A stretch of DNA of 64,000 nucleotides from Azolla caroliniana (Eukaryota > Plantae > Polypodiophyta), in assembly GCA_043228905.1 (NCBI GenBank), contig JBHGNT010000007.1:9176001-9240000 (forward strand). Reading direction: 5' to 3'. A program made the translations under genes and the position numbers. Positions 12,686 to 24,500 of this stretch are shown here, in pieces. The stretch's first letter is position 1, and each line of letters begins with the position of its first letter. The notes beneath the pieces are model-generated. The model was not told the origin of the DNA. It saw only the letters and a program-made list of their open reading frames with translations, and ran no database searches.

Positions 12686-12816
12686 TTCCTCCTCCTTCTC
12701 CTTGCTGTGTATGAAGACTGATCATCTCTGTCTCTCTCTCTCTCTCTGTCATCAGAAGTTCGTTTGTTGTGATCATTATTGGCACTACCTCCTCTCTGTG
12801 TCTTCTTCTGTTCGCC

Positions 12817-13711
12817 ATGGCTATGATCCATCTTTGCTCCATCTCAGACTTTCGTGATTCTGTCTGATTCATCCTTCGATTGCTTTTACTCCCTTCTTCT
12901 TCTTCTTCTTCTTCTTCTATTAATTCCTATTATTATATCCAATCCATCCCACCAATTAAGTGCATGCGGAATATTATTAAGAAGATCAGAATTTAGAGTG
13001 ACAGAGAGGAATTCCACCTCTAGGTTCTCCTTCCTTCTCCATTGAGGAATCCGCCGAGAATCAACAGATTCCTCCACCTGCTGCTGCTCTGCGTGACTGC
13101 GCCTTCTTCCTCCGTACTGCCACTTGCCGATTTGGACCCCATTGTCGCTTCAATCATCCGGAGCCGTTGGATCATCCATCCATTACGATGGTAAAACAGC
13201 AGAAGAAACAAGTTAGATTGAATCAGAAAGAAGAGGCTAATCATTCCATCCTTTACATTGCTTCTTCTGAATCTTCTGAATCTTCTGAATCTTCTTCTTT
13301 TTAGCCTTTTTGATTTTCCATTTTCTTGCTGTTTTTCTTTTCTATTCTTCTTTCCTGTTCCTGCTACATCTTCTTCATTGGTTCTGTTTTCTGTTAATTC
13401 AAAATGTTGCTTCCTCTTTTCTGTTTTTCCTCCTCCTGGATAGATTAATCTATAACCCTAATTTCCTGTTTTCCCTGGTCTGTTTTTATTCTTCTTCTTC
13501 TTCTTTTTGGTATTCTTCTTGCAGGAAGGCTATATTGGGCTGCCACAGAGGATTGGACAGCCTGAATGCCAGGTAGCTCTCTGTTCTTCTTCTTCTTCTT
13601 CTTCTTCTTCTGTTTTCAAACATCTATTAAGGGCCTCATATCCTTCAGATTAAGCTAAGATGAACAGCATTATCATAACATTAATAGTGGTAATGTCAAA
13701 CTCTGGGCATT

Positions 13712-13744
<33 letters not shown>

Positions 13745-15838
13745 AACATTAATAGTGGTAATGTCAAACTCTGGTTAATTTGATATGAAAATTATGAATG
13801 CAATCCTTTCAAATCAAATATCTTGTAGATAACTAACATATACATATGTATACACACAGACATATAGATATGTATATATATATATATATCATTATATGTA
13901 ATGATCCCATCTCTATGCTTATGATTCATCTAAAGACCCATAATATTTATGCATATGCATAATTATATATGCATTTTGCAATGATGGGCATTTGGGAACC
14001 TTAGTTTTCCTAACCCATCCAACCTCTAAACCCTATTATTTATTTTGTTCAAGTTTCATTTAAATCTCAAACTCTAATACTTTCTTTCTTTCTTATTTCT
14101 GTATATCCCATATGTCCAGTTCTATCTTAAGACAGGGACCTGCAAGTTTGGTGGTCAGTGCAAATACCATCACCCGGGCCAGCAGCTTCCATGTGCAGGA
14201 AGTACTACAGAAGGAGCCCTACTATGGTTCAACCATCTCGGATTACCTATAAGATTGGTTAGTAAATAATGATGATAAATAATGTATTGATCTCTACTTA
14301 TCAAGCAAGCTCATCTACACCAAAACAAAAATAAATAAAATAAGGACATAAGGCCTTTTGTCCATAAACTAGTAGAGATCAATGCATTCATTGCATTGAT
14401 CTCTACTTATCAAGCAAGCTCATCTAAACCAACACAAAAATAAATAAATAAGGACATAAGGCTTTTGGTCCATAGGGTTCAATAGGATCTTCTAAAGTTC
14501 GGCCGGTTTTAAGTATAGCTCCCAAGTTTCGGAGGAAAGAAGTTCGCACTTCAAGGGCTTGTCTAAGTGGCGTAATGCTCATCCACTATCACTTCTAAAG
14601 GAAATTAACACTTTTTTGAGGTTTTCAATGTTGTTGTTGTTGTCCACATAGAGATAGATTGATAGAGATTTTTTGGTGTCCATAGAGAGGACAATGTTGA
14701 TCCCATGGGACCTAAGTACAAAAGTTTTCTTGATGACTTGGCTAGGGTGAAAAGGAGTGTGTGTATTATCTAAGGACGGGCAGATGCAAGTTCGGTACAT
14801 CGTGCAAGTTCCATCATCCAGAACCCATCAACATTGAAGCCATGTTTCGTTCGCCAATACCTTTACAATGTTGGGCAACTATAAGGCATGTTGCTTCTGT
14901 GGCTGGCTCTGGATTTTATTCGGGAGTGTCGCCGCCTTACGATATGCAACCCCCTTATGCTTCTTCTTCTCAGAGCATTCCAATGACTTGTTGGAATTCA
15001 TATCAAGTAAATATTACTTTATGGTTTCTCCCTACCCCTTGTTTAAAGATCAATGTCTTTTTATATAATGACGCATAAGTAGTCACAAGAGTGCACAAAG
15101 GTATGTCGCCCTTTTATCCTTTCAAAAGCCTAGTTTTTTTCTATACCACGGTTATATCGACTAAATCGTTGTTTGACACTTGATGCATAATTAATTTGTA
15201 ATTAGTCGAGCATTGTTATGTGTATGCTTGTAATGTTTACGTCCATGATAATATGTTCTTTTGGCACGTCTTAAATCCTTTAAAAGTTTTTCCATTTGTT
15301 TCAGGGTCAATATGTCACTTCAAACGACCGACAAATGAAATTCATGAATAGCACCCAACCAAAGCCAGGATGGACATTATCGTCGGATTCGAAGGACTTG
15401 TGCTTAGAGTACCCCCAAAGGCCTGAGCAACCAGATTGTGACTTTTATATGAAAACAGGGCTTTGTGGGTTTGGCGGGAATTGCAAGTATCATCACCCCA
15501 AGGATATTACCATTCCATCATTGCCAACTTCGATGAGTCCTATGGGTCTTCCTCTTCGTCCGGTAAGATAATGTTATTAATTTATTTATTCTAAAATTCC
15601 TCTGTTGAAATTAAAATGCAATCGGGTATCATTTATGGGAATTTTGTGTCAACAGGGGATGCAACTTTGTACATTCTACCTTCGAAATGGAATATGTAAA
15701 TTCGGACCCATTTGCAAGTTTGATCACCCTATTGCACCCCTAGTCTCGTTATTTCCTAGTAAAGAGCCTTCCAAAGCGGGCGTTGATCCTCCATTTTCAC
15801 CCATTCCAATCTCAGTAGTGTCATTACTCCCTCCATAA
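12817..15838 (+). CDS. CCCH-type zinc-finger RNA-binding protein with five C-x8-C-x5-C-x3-H fingers (ZFN/HUA1-like), about 363 aa. Exons 12817-12853, 13024-13190, 13525-13572, 14120-14257, 14746-15006, 15305-15562, 15656-15838
   Basis: Fingers [25 protein letters not shown]|[89 protein letters not shown] introns with consistent phases. Exon 1 is the least certain. Confidence 0.88.
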
Positions 15839-17419
15839 AAGTAGACAATTTTTATCTAAGCTCTTGTATAATTACGTCCTTGTAAAGAGCAATGAGAAGT
15901 AGGCAATCCTCAATCAAACAAGAGCCATACATGGAAAATGGTAGATCTAAGTCAAGAGGATAACTAGAAGAGCCTCAAAATGACATTTACTTGTCACGTT
16001 TTCTAGCTTTCCAAAAACCATCGCGGATGAGAAGATGAAATTTGGGCCCTGATTTATTTTTCATTGTTTTAGTGTTTGTGCTCTTCATTACCTCTAGAAA
16101 CTCTTAAAAAAAGTGTGATTTCCTTCGAGACATTATCGAGGCAAGCCTTCTATGACACGTAATGACCTTGCATACAAAGAAAAGGTGAAAAAAGAAAGAG
16201 AAAGAGAATGAAGGAATAAAACTTTACTTTCCTAAGGCCATGACCGTTGACCATGTCACATAAAGAATTGATTGTAATTCATTTGTTTTTGTTGCAATTA
16301 CATTAGGGAGTTTTATGGCATGACGACTCTAATATATATTTTCTCACTTCTCCTTCAACATACTCTTGTGTGTTGTATATATATTGGCTCCATTTAAAGT
16401 TTCATCTAGAAAGATTTGCAAATTGTTATTATTTTGTTCGAAATTGTTGATCTTGCAATCATGTATGGAAAGCAAACTTACATACAAAGATTAAGATGGC
16501 ACAAGCCTTACATAACTATTTAACTTTGCATATACATGACATCAACGTATTTTCATTGTGAGATTGTAATTTTGATAATACAACGTTGTTTAGCTTGTGT
16601 GCAATGTCTACCAACCAAACCCATTGTCCTATTGGTATAATTGTTAACACATTTCTTGATAAGCCTACATTTGGGATTTAGATGAGCTCAATTGTTTTGG
16701 ACTAAGGGTTGACAAGGTATGGAGAAAATGGACTTTAGATTTTGATGTCTAAAGTTAAAGAGTTACCTTCCAAATAAATGCTACACAAACCAAGATTACC
16801 AACGTTACTAATATGTTTACTAATATGTGGGTACCATTCCTTATGTCAAAATAAGATTAACGTAATTCACATTGAAATTAATATCTCAAATAGCACATAG
16901 GCAAAGATTTTATCAATACAAATCTATAAATTGCATATTTAACATCACACATAGTTAATCAAATAGTTTGACTCAAAGAAAGAGTTACACAATATTATTA
17001 GAAAAGGTACGAAGCTAGATAAAAAAAGGTTTACATAGGAAGAGACATGATTGTGGTAGATAACCAATAGGAAAGAAAGAGGTTCTCGACCTTGCAAAGA
17101 AATGAGTTTTCTTGGTAGCATGTCATGAGAAAATGCCCATGGCCCGACTCCATTGATTGTGCTACTATTTGTAAGGATTGTATCATGTAACATTGTTTTC
17201 CATGCTAGCACAAATCTCTTCCAAGATTGTGAAATTTTCTAGTCATATTTCCCGTCTCCACTAGTATTTCTAGTACAAGATCTTCACTATAGAGAAATGT
17301 CCTTAACAAGTACTTAAATAATTACACAACGTTTTTGAACAATTCTGAGACCAATGGCTAGGGTCCTAGGGATGTGATTTATCTCGATGTCCTTGAATTT
17401 CTCTTACTTCCACTCCGAT

Positions 17420-18872
17420 AGTGTGTTGACTCAAGAAGTCGCTTTACGACTTGAAGCAAGCCCCTCGAGCTTGGAATTCGAAGATCACGCACCAGTTGCG
17501 GAAGATGGGGTTTGCGGCCTCAAAGTTCGACTCATCGTTGTTCAACCGGTCTCGACACCCCTTGATCAAAACCTGAAGCTTCATCCTAACTCTAGACAGG
17601 CAAAGGCACTGGACAATCAACAGGAGAGAAGGAAACAACCGAAACAGGGGGAGACAAGGATGAAAATGAAGCCGAACCCGAACAAGTTTGAACAAGTGGC
17701 GACGGCGGCACAGTCAAGAAGGACAAAGTTGATCGAAAGAAGAAGGCCAAGACATGGACGTGGTCCGATGTTGTGGGCTTGAAGACCGATGACAAGGTGG
17801 CGACAACCAGCTCGAACAAGAGCAGGAATGAATCGGAGACAACTGATTTGGTTGAGGATGTTCGATTCAGATGAACCGAATCACTTGGAGGACAAGCTGA
17901 TTAGAAGGCAACGGAAGTCGATGCTGACATGGAGGAACCGACGGGTCGAGAAACGCCAAAGTCACAGCAACGAAGGAACTGAGAAGGGCCTCTTGAGCAG
18001 ACACATTGACCAGGAAGTTCAAAGTGCGCAGAACCAGATGAGTCGTTGGAAGAAAAACCGGATGGGTCGAGGAGCGCGAGCAAGACGAGAAGACGCCAGG
18101 AAAAGCCAACTGCAAGAATCCGCAAAGACTGACTCGGTCGGGATGTTCGATTCGGACGAACCAAATCACTTGGAGGCCAAGCAAACTAGAAGGCAACGGA
18201 AGTCAACGCCGACACGGAGGAACTAACAGGTCAAGAAGCGCCAAAGTCACAGCAACGAAGGAACTAAGAAGGGCCTCTTGAGCAGACAAGCCTACTAGGA
18301 AGGTCGAGGTGCACAGAACCAAACAAGTCATGGGAAGCAGAACTTGATGGGTCGAGGAGCGCAAGCAAGGCGAGAGAGACGCCAGGAAAAGCCGACTAGA
18401 AGAATCGGCAAACACTGACATTGAGATCTGATCTCAAGTTGAGCTTGAGGGGGAGTGTTGAGCGGACAAGCTCAACTGGATCTAGATCGGTATCCGGAAC
18501 CAAGGGCCGGATCGAAGAGTCGTACCCACGTGCGAACCGGTAGGCCGTTGGAGGTCTACACTCCTAGACTACTAGGTACTTATCCTAGGAGGAGTTAGTG
18601 TCAGTAGCTTAGTACGAGCATTGAAGTACTTGTCAGTACTTCCGTCAATCCTTTATGGACTTCTATAAAAGTGCTCACTAAGCACATTGTATGTACACAG
18701 TCTTTGAGTAGTTTTGAAATAGCTTTTACTATTCTGCTCTCTCTGTCTCTCCCGCGTACTCTCTATGTGTAATTGAAGGTTCCGTTAAACCAGCACAATA
18801 TTTTTGTTAATATCCGATGAAGTCAGTGAAGTCTACAAGCTTCCGCACACATTTCTTTGCATAGCCTCAACG
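17420..18872 (+). mobile_element. Copia remnant: short RT fragment, long 3' UTR with a tandem duplication of about 285 bp, PPT and 3' LTR (18456-18872)
   Basis: 17422-17545 reads VC*LKKSLYDLKQAPRAWNSKITHQLRKMGF. Duplicated units start at about 17856 and 18141. PPT agggggag is followed by TGTTGAG, and the LTR ends in ctcaacg. Confidence 0.75.
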
Positions 18873-18889
18873 TTATGCTGGCGATTTTT

Positions 18890-20260
18890 CTTGGGCCGGC
18901 TTCATTGGCACCCTTCTCTCCGGACCGGTGCAAGTGTTGTTTGCGCCATTGGTCGAGACCTCATCCCCACTCTTAGACAACTTTTCCGCCTCTTGTGGAG
19001 CTTGAAGCCACGTTCGGAGAGACAGACCGGCGACAAACGACACTCACGAAGCTCTATTCCTTACAACAAGGCTCACGTCTAGCCTTCATCTATGCTTCAG
19101 AGTTTCGTCAAATCACGTGCGATGTCTACTGGGATGTGAAGACTAAACCTTAACCCATTTTCCTCGAGGCCTCCGAAACGATGTGAAGACTCTTCTCTTA
19201 AACTTTCCAGAGCCCACATCGTTGTCTCAAGTAATCTCCTAAGCCGTTCAATGTGATAATCATCTTTTCGAGCTTCGTTAGGAGGATTGTGGGACTCGAG
19301 GATTTCAGTCTTCCTCCTGATGCTCTAATCGCAAGGCCATATGTATCAATTTCGCCAACCATGCGATGGTTGCCATCCTCCAATGATACTCATACCTAGA
19401 TGGAGGTCAACCCCCATACCCCGATTGAGATCGACCATGCTCGGTCCCAACCATTAACTAATGCCCAATGACAACATTGACATGACAACTGTGTCTGCCT
19501 CTATTGTGGTGCCCCTGACCATGTCATCCTCCACTTCCTGGTGCGAGGCCCTCGGCGCCAATCCCACCATGCACGTCTTGTGGAGGTTTCTCCCAACAGG
19601 AAAATGACCAAATCCGGTTGTACTAGGAGTCATGCCACTGGATGCTTTCTGTTACCCAACTTTTTTGTGCTCCTACAATTCAATTCCGCCATCAGATTGT
19701 TTTACTTTGCAAGTAAGTCTTTATTTTGGGTTTACTTCAATAATCCCGTGCCTTGCTCGATTCCAGTGCATCTACCTATTTTATTGATATCTCATTCATC
19801 CGAGCACATAATATCCCCACCATCCGCACAACACAACCCATATCCGTTGAAACTATCGACGGATGGGTTCTCTCTTCAAGGGCAGTTATTGAAGCCACTA
19901 TCCCGTTGATACTTCAATTCGGACCCCACCACGAGGTATTAATGTTCTACCTCATTGCAACCCCTCGACATCCGATTGTTTTAGGACAATCTTGGTTGGA
20001 AACACACAATTCAACAGTGGATTGGTGCAACTGCTCCATCACTTTTTCACAGACACCAGTGGGGTCACGACTCCCCACAACGTTACTTGTGTGGGGGTTG
20101 CTTTCAGCTTGGTTGCACATTCTCCCAATTTCAACTCAGTTTCCCACACTACTAATTTCGTTGTGACGATTCCAACTTGGTCGCTTCAGTGCTTGTTGTG
20201 CCATGGGACCTCTCTATTCCTGTTAATCACTTGCCTTTGTGTTGCTTGCAACCATTATTG
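18890..20260 (+). mobile_element. Gypsy (chromovirus-type) gag-protease remnant
   Basis: Gag-like FIGTLLSG..FAPLVETSSPLLDNF..FGETD..LQQG is homologous to 39333-39716. Aspartic protease ORF 19753-20166 (LLDSSAS..FID, IVLGQSWLETHNSTVDW). Confidence 0.8.
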
Positions 20261-20391
20261 AGGTTTTCGATCAAACAAGTGAAAGGAAAATCTTACATAA
20301 CCCCCAATTAACATACGTTTACTCTTCATGAATTCAACATCCACAACATTACAATTGTCTCCTTTGTGAATCTACCAAAGCAGTTTAGGAG

Positions 20392-20846
20392 TATTGAGAT
20401 ATCAAGCTTAACTAGGTTTAGTTATTTTGTCAATTATGTAACTTGGTAGTTACATAAATAGAATCAAGTTAGTATGTTGACCTTAAAGCCTTAAATAAAA
20501 CTTTGTATGTAAGTGGGGTACATTCTAGATCCTCCAGTCCCAAGTTCATTAAATATAGGACTTACATCCTTGTTCCTATATTCTCCTCACACATGTGCAC
20601 ACATGAGATGTATATATACCACATTATGGGTATATTTTGTAACTTGATGTGTATTAATACAGAGAAAGGACTTTGAGCTATATTCTTGTTAATCATCCCC
20701 CATATTGTCTTATTGTTCATAAGTCTCTTCCTCTCTTTCTCTCACACATATATCACATAGCCTTCCACTGCTTAATCACATACGTGATTAACTACTCACA
20801 TAATTAGATACTAATTAACCGTTAGTTAAGTACCTAATAATGAACA
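20392..20846 (+). mobile_element. Solo LTR of the same family as the Copia at 46860-56479 (opposite orientation), TSD AGGAG
   Basis: Aligns with the reverse complement of 46860-47337. AGGAG at 20387-20391 and 20847-20851. Confidence 0.85.
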
Positions 20847-21308
20847 AGGAGAAACATAAGTGTGCCAAGTTCAAAATTACCAATACAACCCAGTCAGTAA
20901 CCTAGTGTATGTAGATTCCAATGAATGGAATCATTGATACCCTAGGCTCCTTTTTTTTTTCCAGAGTTGTGGACCGAAAAACATCCATATGACGTCATAT
21001 ACATGCTAGTGCGAATTCATGCGAAGGACATGCAGCTCATCAGTTGGATCAAACCACTTGATGAATCAGAACCAACTTCAAAGAATCGAATCGAATGGAA
21101 TCAGTTGGCGAGAGTAAAAAAGAAAGAAACAGAGAGGAGATCCAACTAGTAATCAGAGTGAATGATGATGCGGTTTAACGTAAGAATTGAGGGGCTAGTA
21201 GCGGGGGGGGGGGGGGGGGGGGGTACGTATGAAATGGTAAGACGTAAGACGAGAATGTTTTCCGAGAGGGAATCAGGATGTCTTCAAGTCCCCTTCTTTT
21301 TCTTCCTT

Positions 21309-21341
<33 letters not shown>

Positions 21342-21489
21342 CTTCTTCTAAAGGGCATGCCATGAAAATAAAGAAAGCTCAGGGGCAGAGATAACACCCC
21401 CTCTGTGTGTGTGTGTGCCGCGGGTTTAATTAGGGTTTTGCTCAAGGGGGAGGAGGGAGCTCTCTTCTGCGCTCGCTCTTTTGGACACC

Positions 21490-21541
21490 ATGAGGAACCT
21501 CAGAGTCTGCAGGGTCGAAGAATTCTCTGCAGCAGAAGACC

Positions 21542-21573
<32 letters not shown>

Positions 21574-24500
21574 GACACAGAAGGCGAAGATGCCAACGTT
21601 TCTGCATTCGATTCCTTCAGAAACCAGTTGGTCCTCGCTTCTTCTTCTTCTTCTTCTTCTTCTCCCTTTTCTGGGAAGCTCCTCTGCATCTCTCTCTCCT
21701 CCAAAGAGGTAATACTTTCGTACGGCTCTCTCTGTGCTTTGTATTTTTTCATAGCCGGGATTGGTTCGGAAGAGATCTGATTAGATGGATTGCAAGATGG
21801 GCAAAAGTCTGGGAGGAAGAGATGAAAAAGGAATTGGGGTGAAAAAACGAAAAAGATAGGGATATTTGTATAGATGATGCTATGGCCTATTTTATCATAT
21901 CAAAATCAGTCTGAAAAAATAAGGGGAGGGAGGGAATACTGGCACTAATGGCAGAAATTTGAACCTGAATTGATGATGGATAATAAGAAAATGATGGAAA
22001 TTTGTTTATACTGCCCTCGTTTTTGCAGGTTTGTTGGACTTTATCCTTCCCTACTGACTTGGCGCTGGATAAGGACAGAATTTTGGGCTTGGAATTCATG
22101 ATGGATAATGAAATTTTAGTAGTGGGTACACGATCTGGACAACTGCTTTCGGTTTTGATTTCGTCACAATCTGTAGAAGTTGTGGGCAATGTAGAAGGTG
22201 GAATCATTCAGATGTCTTCTAGTCCTGATGGAGAGCTTCTTGTGATCGCGACGGGTCTAGGAATGTTGCTCTTTATGACACCAGAATGGGATGTTCTGTA
22301 TGAGATTCCTTTGGTGAGCAGTGAGGTAAATACATTCTATGTTTTTTACATTTTAATCTCTACGTAAGGGGCTTTTACACTGCAATGATGTAGAAAGTGG
22401 AGTAATGACATGTGATTGGCCCTTTTTTGAGGAATTTTCATTTATAACCTAGATGGGTTCGATCTCATAGTTTATGGAGATCCAGGAGAATGAAGTTGAT
22501 GACGAACTCCCCTAGTGAGCTTTTTCATTTCCAAACGTTGTTGAAACTGATCTCACACTTTAGTGAAGATGGGAGTCAATAAATGTCATTGGAACTCTCC
22601 TTTTCTAGCTTTTTCACCCTAAAATTTAGCTAAGACTGAGTTTGTGTTAGCGTGAAGGAACAGAAGAAAAAGCAAGTTTGGTTCAGTTGGAAGTATTGCG
22701 TTTCAAATCACAATTTGCAGTAGGTAGCTGAAGAAGCAATAGTTTCTTTCTTCTTACATCCGGCCTCACCATGTTGCACTCAAGGGTACCCTTGACCTTG
22801 GTAGAAACATCAGAGGAGAATACCACTTCATATTGATTACTTGTTTATTAGAGAATGGAATGCAACCTGTAACAGGGTAAAAAGAAACAAGAGAGCTATT
22901 TTTGCTGCCATGGTGTGTGAAATACTGGGCGTTGGATTTTTGTTTTCTACCTTTGAACCCACCATTTTATTCCTAGGGATGCCCTTGCTGTTTTGAAGAG
23001 GTATCATTATTTGCCTTGGTTGGTTCTTTATGTCGAGAGGTGAGGGTGAGAAGCAATGGAAAGATAAAGAGAGATGAGAGAGATTATGCTATGTTTGCTA
23101 CCTGCCTGTGTGAAATCTAGGGGACCTGAATGTTTTCTTCCACTCTGAAGTGCTCAAAAATCAAACAGAGATATGATGTTCTCTGATGTCGTGTGAGAGG
23201 AGCATAATAAATCTTTGAATTTTGCTGATATAATACTGTATGTGTGAGGGTTTGTTTGATCTGCATCATGCTCTGAGGGCGTTATGTCTCTGATACGATG
23301 AATTAATAGGTGACCAATCACGAATACATGTAGGGCAGAAGCATGGAAGTACTTGATGATTCTAGCCACTCCATAGATGGTAATGTGCGTTTCAGTTGGC
23401 GTTCGGATGGTAAATACTTTGCTACTCTCAGTAACAGTGCAAATTTGAATCACCAAAAGGAGCTTTGCATCTGGGAGAGGGATACTGGAGCTTTGCACTC
23501 TCGCAGTCAAGGTTTTTTATCGACAACCTCTGCTGTTGATTGGATTTCAAATGGATCTCGGTTAGCAAGTGTTTCCGGCGTAGATTCTGATGGAAAAATC
23601 AGTAGGGTAGTATTTTTTGAGAGGAATGGCTTGCAAAGAGGGTATTTTCATGTTGAAGGAGGAACTAATATGATGATTACATGTGTGAAGTGGAATTGTA
23701 ATGGTGAGCTCTTTGCGGTATTGTTGGAGGGCAGTGAATATGATGCTATACAGATATGGAGTTTTAGCAACTACCACTGGTACTTAAAACAGGAATGGAG
23801 GTTTCCAAAGGAAAACCGGATCAGCTTTTTATGGAGTCCAGAAGATCCCATGCATATATTTAGTTGGACTCTGAATGGTTCTGTAAGATTGGTTAAATTA
23901 TGTTGGGATAATGCAATTTTTGGAGATTCTATTGCACTTGTTATAGATGGGTCTTGTTTACTTGTGACACAACTAGCACATGCTGTGATCCCACCTCCAA
24001 TGAGTTCTTTGAAGTTGAAGTTTAGTGCTCCGATACAAACAATTTCACTGCATCCATCTGAAGAAGGTGGGCATTTCATTGCTGCGAGCTTGTCTACTGG
24101 TGTGGTCAGCTTGCTTTTTCTCCCTAGTATAGAGGCATGGGATGCACTTGAAGGCACTGAGATGATGGTTCCAGATAGTAAATTTCTCGGTGTTTGTTTA
24201 AATGATGTATTTCCTTCTTTCCAGCTTTTGTCTTGGTTAGATTCAGAACACCTTGTTGGCATAATCTCAAGGGTAGTGCCAATGAATCCCAGCAGTTCAT
24301 TGTTTTCGAAATCAAAATACCAGTTAAACTCCGAGACTTTATTTGAGTTTGAGGTTCAGAAGAAGAAAGATGAGTTGCTGAGTGATGGGTCGTGCAAGTT
24401 GGACTGGATGCTGACACTAGTCAACCAGACTTTCTCAGAGAAAAGTGTACTAGCCATCACAAAACATCCTTTGAAAAGTGAATTGGCAATTGAATATGCA

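Noticed and set aside
14285-14475. Intronic direct duplications in the CCCH gene (also 13672-13775)
   Set aside because: They look like local slippage duplications with no sign of function.
15900-17400. Possible coding or TE remnant between the CCCH gene and the Copia fragment
   Set aside because: No recognisable motif or terminal structure could be supported by eye.
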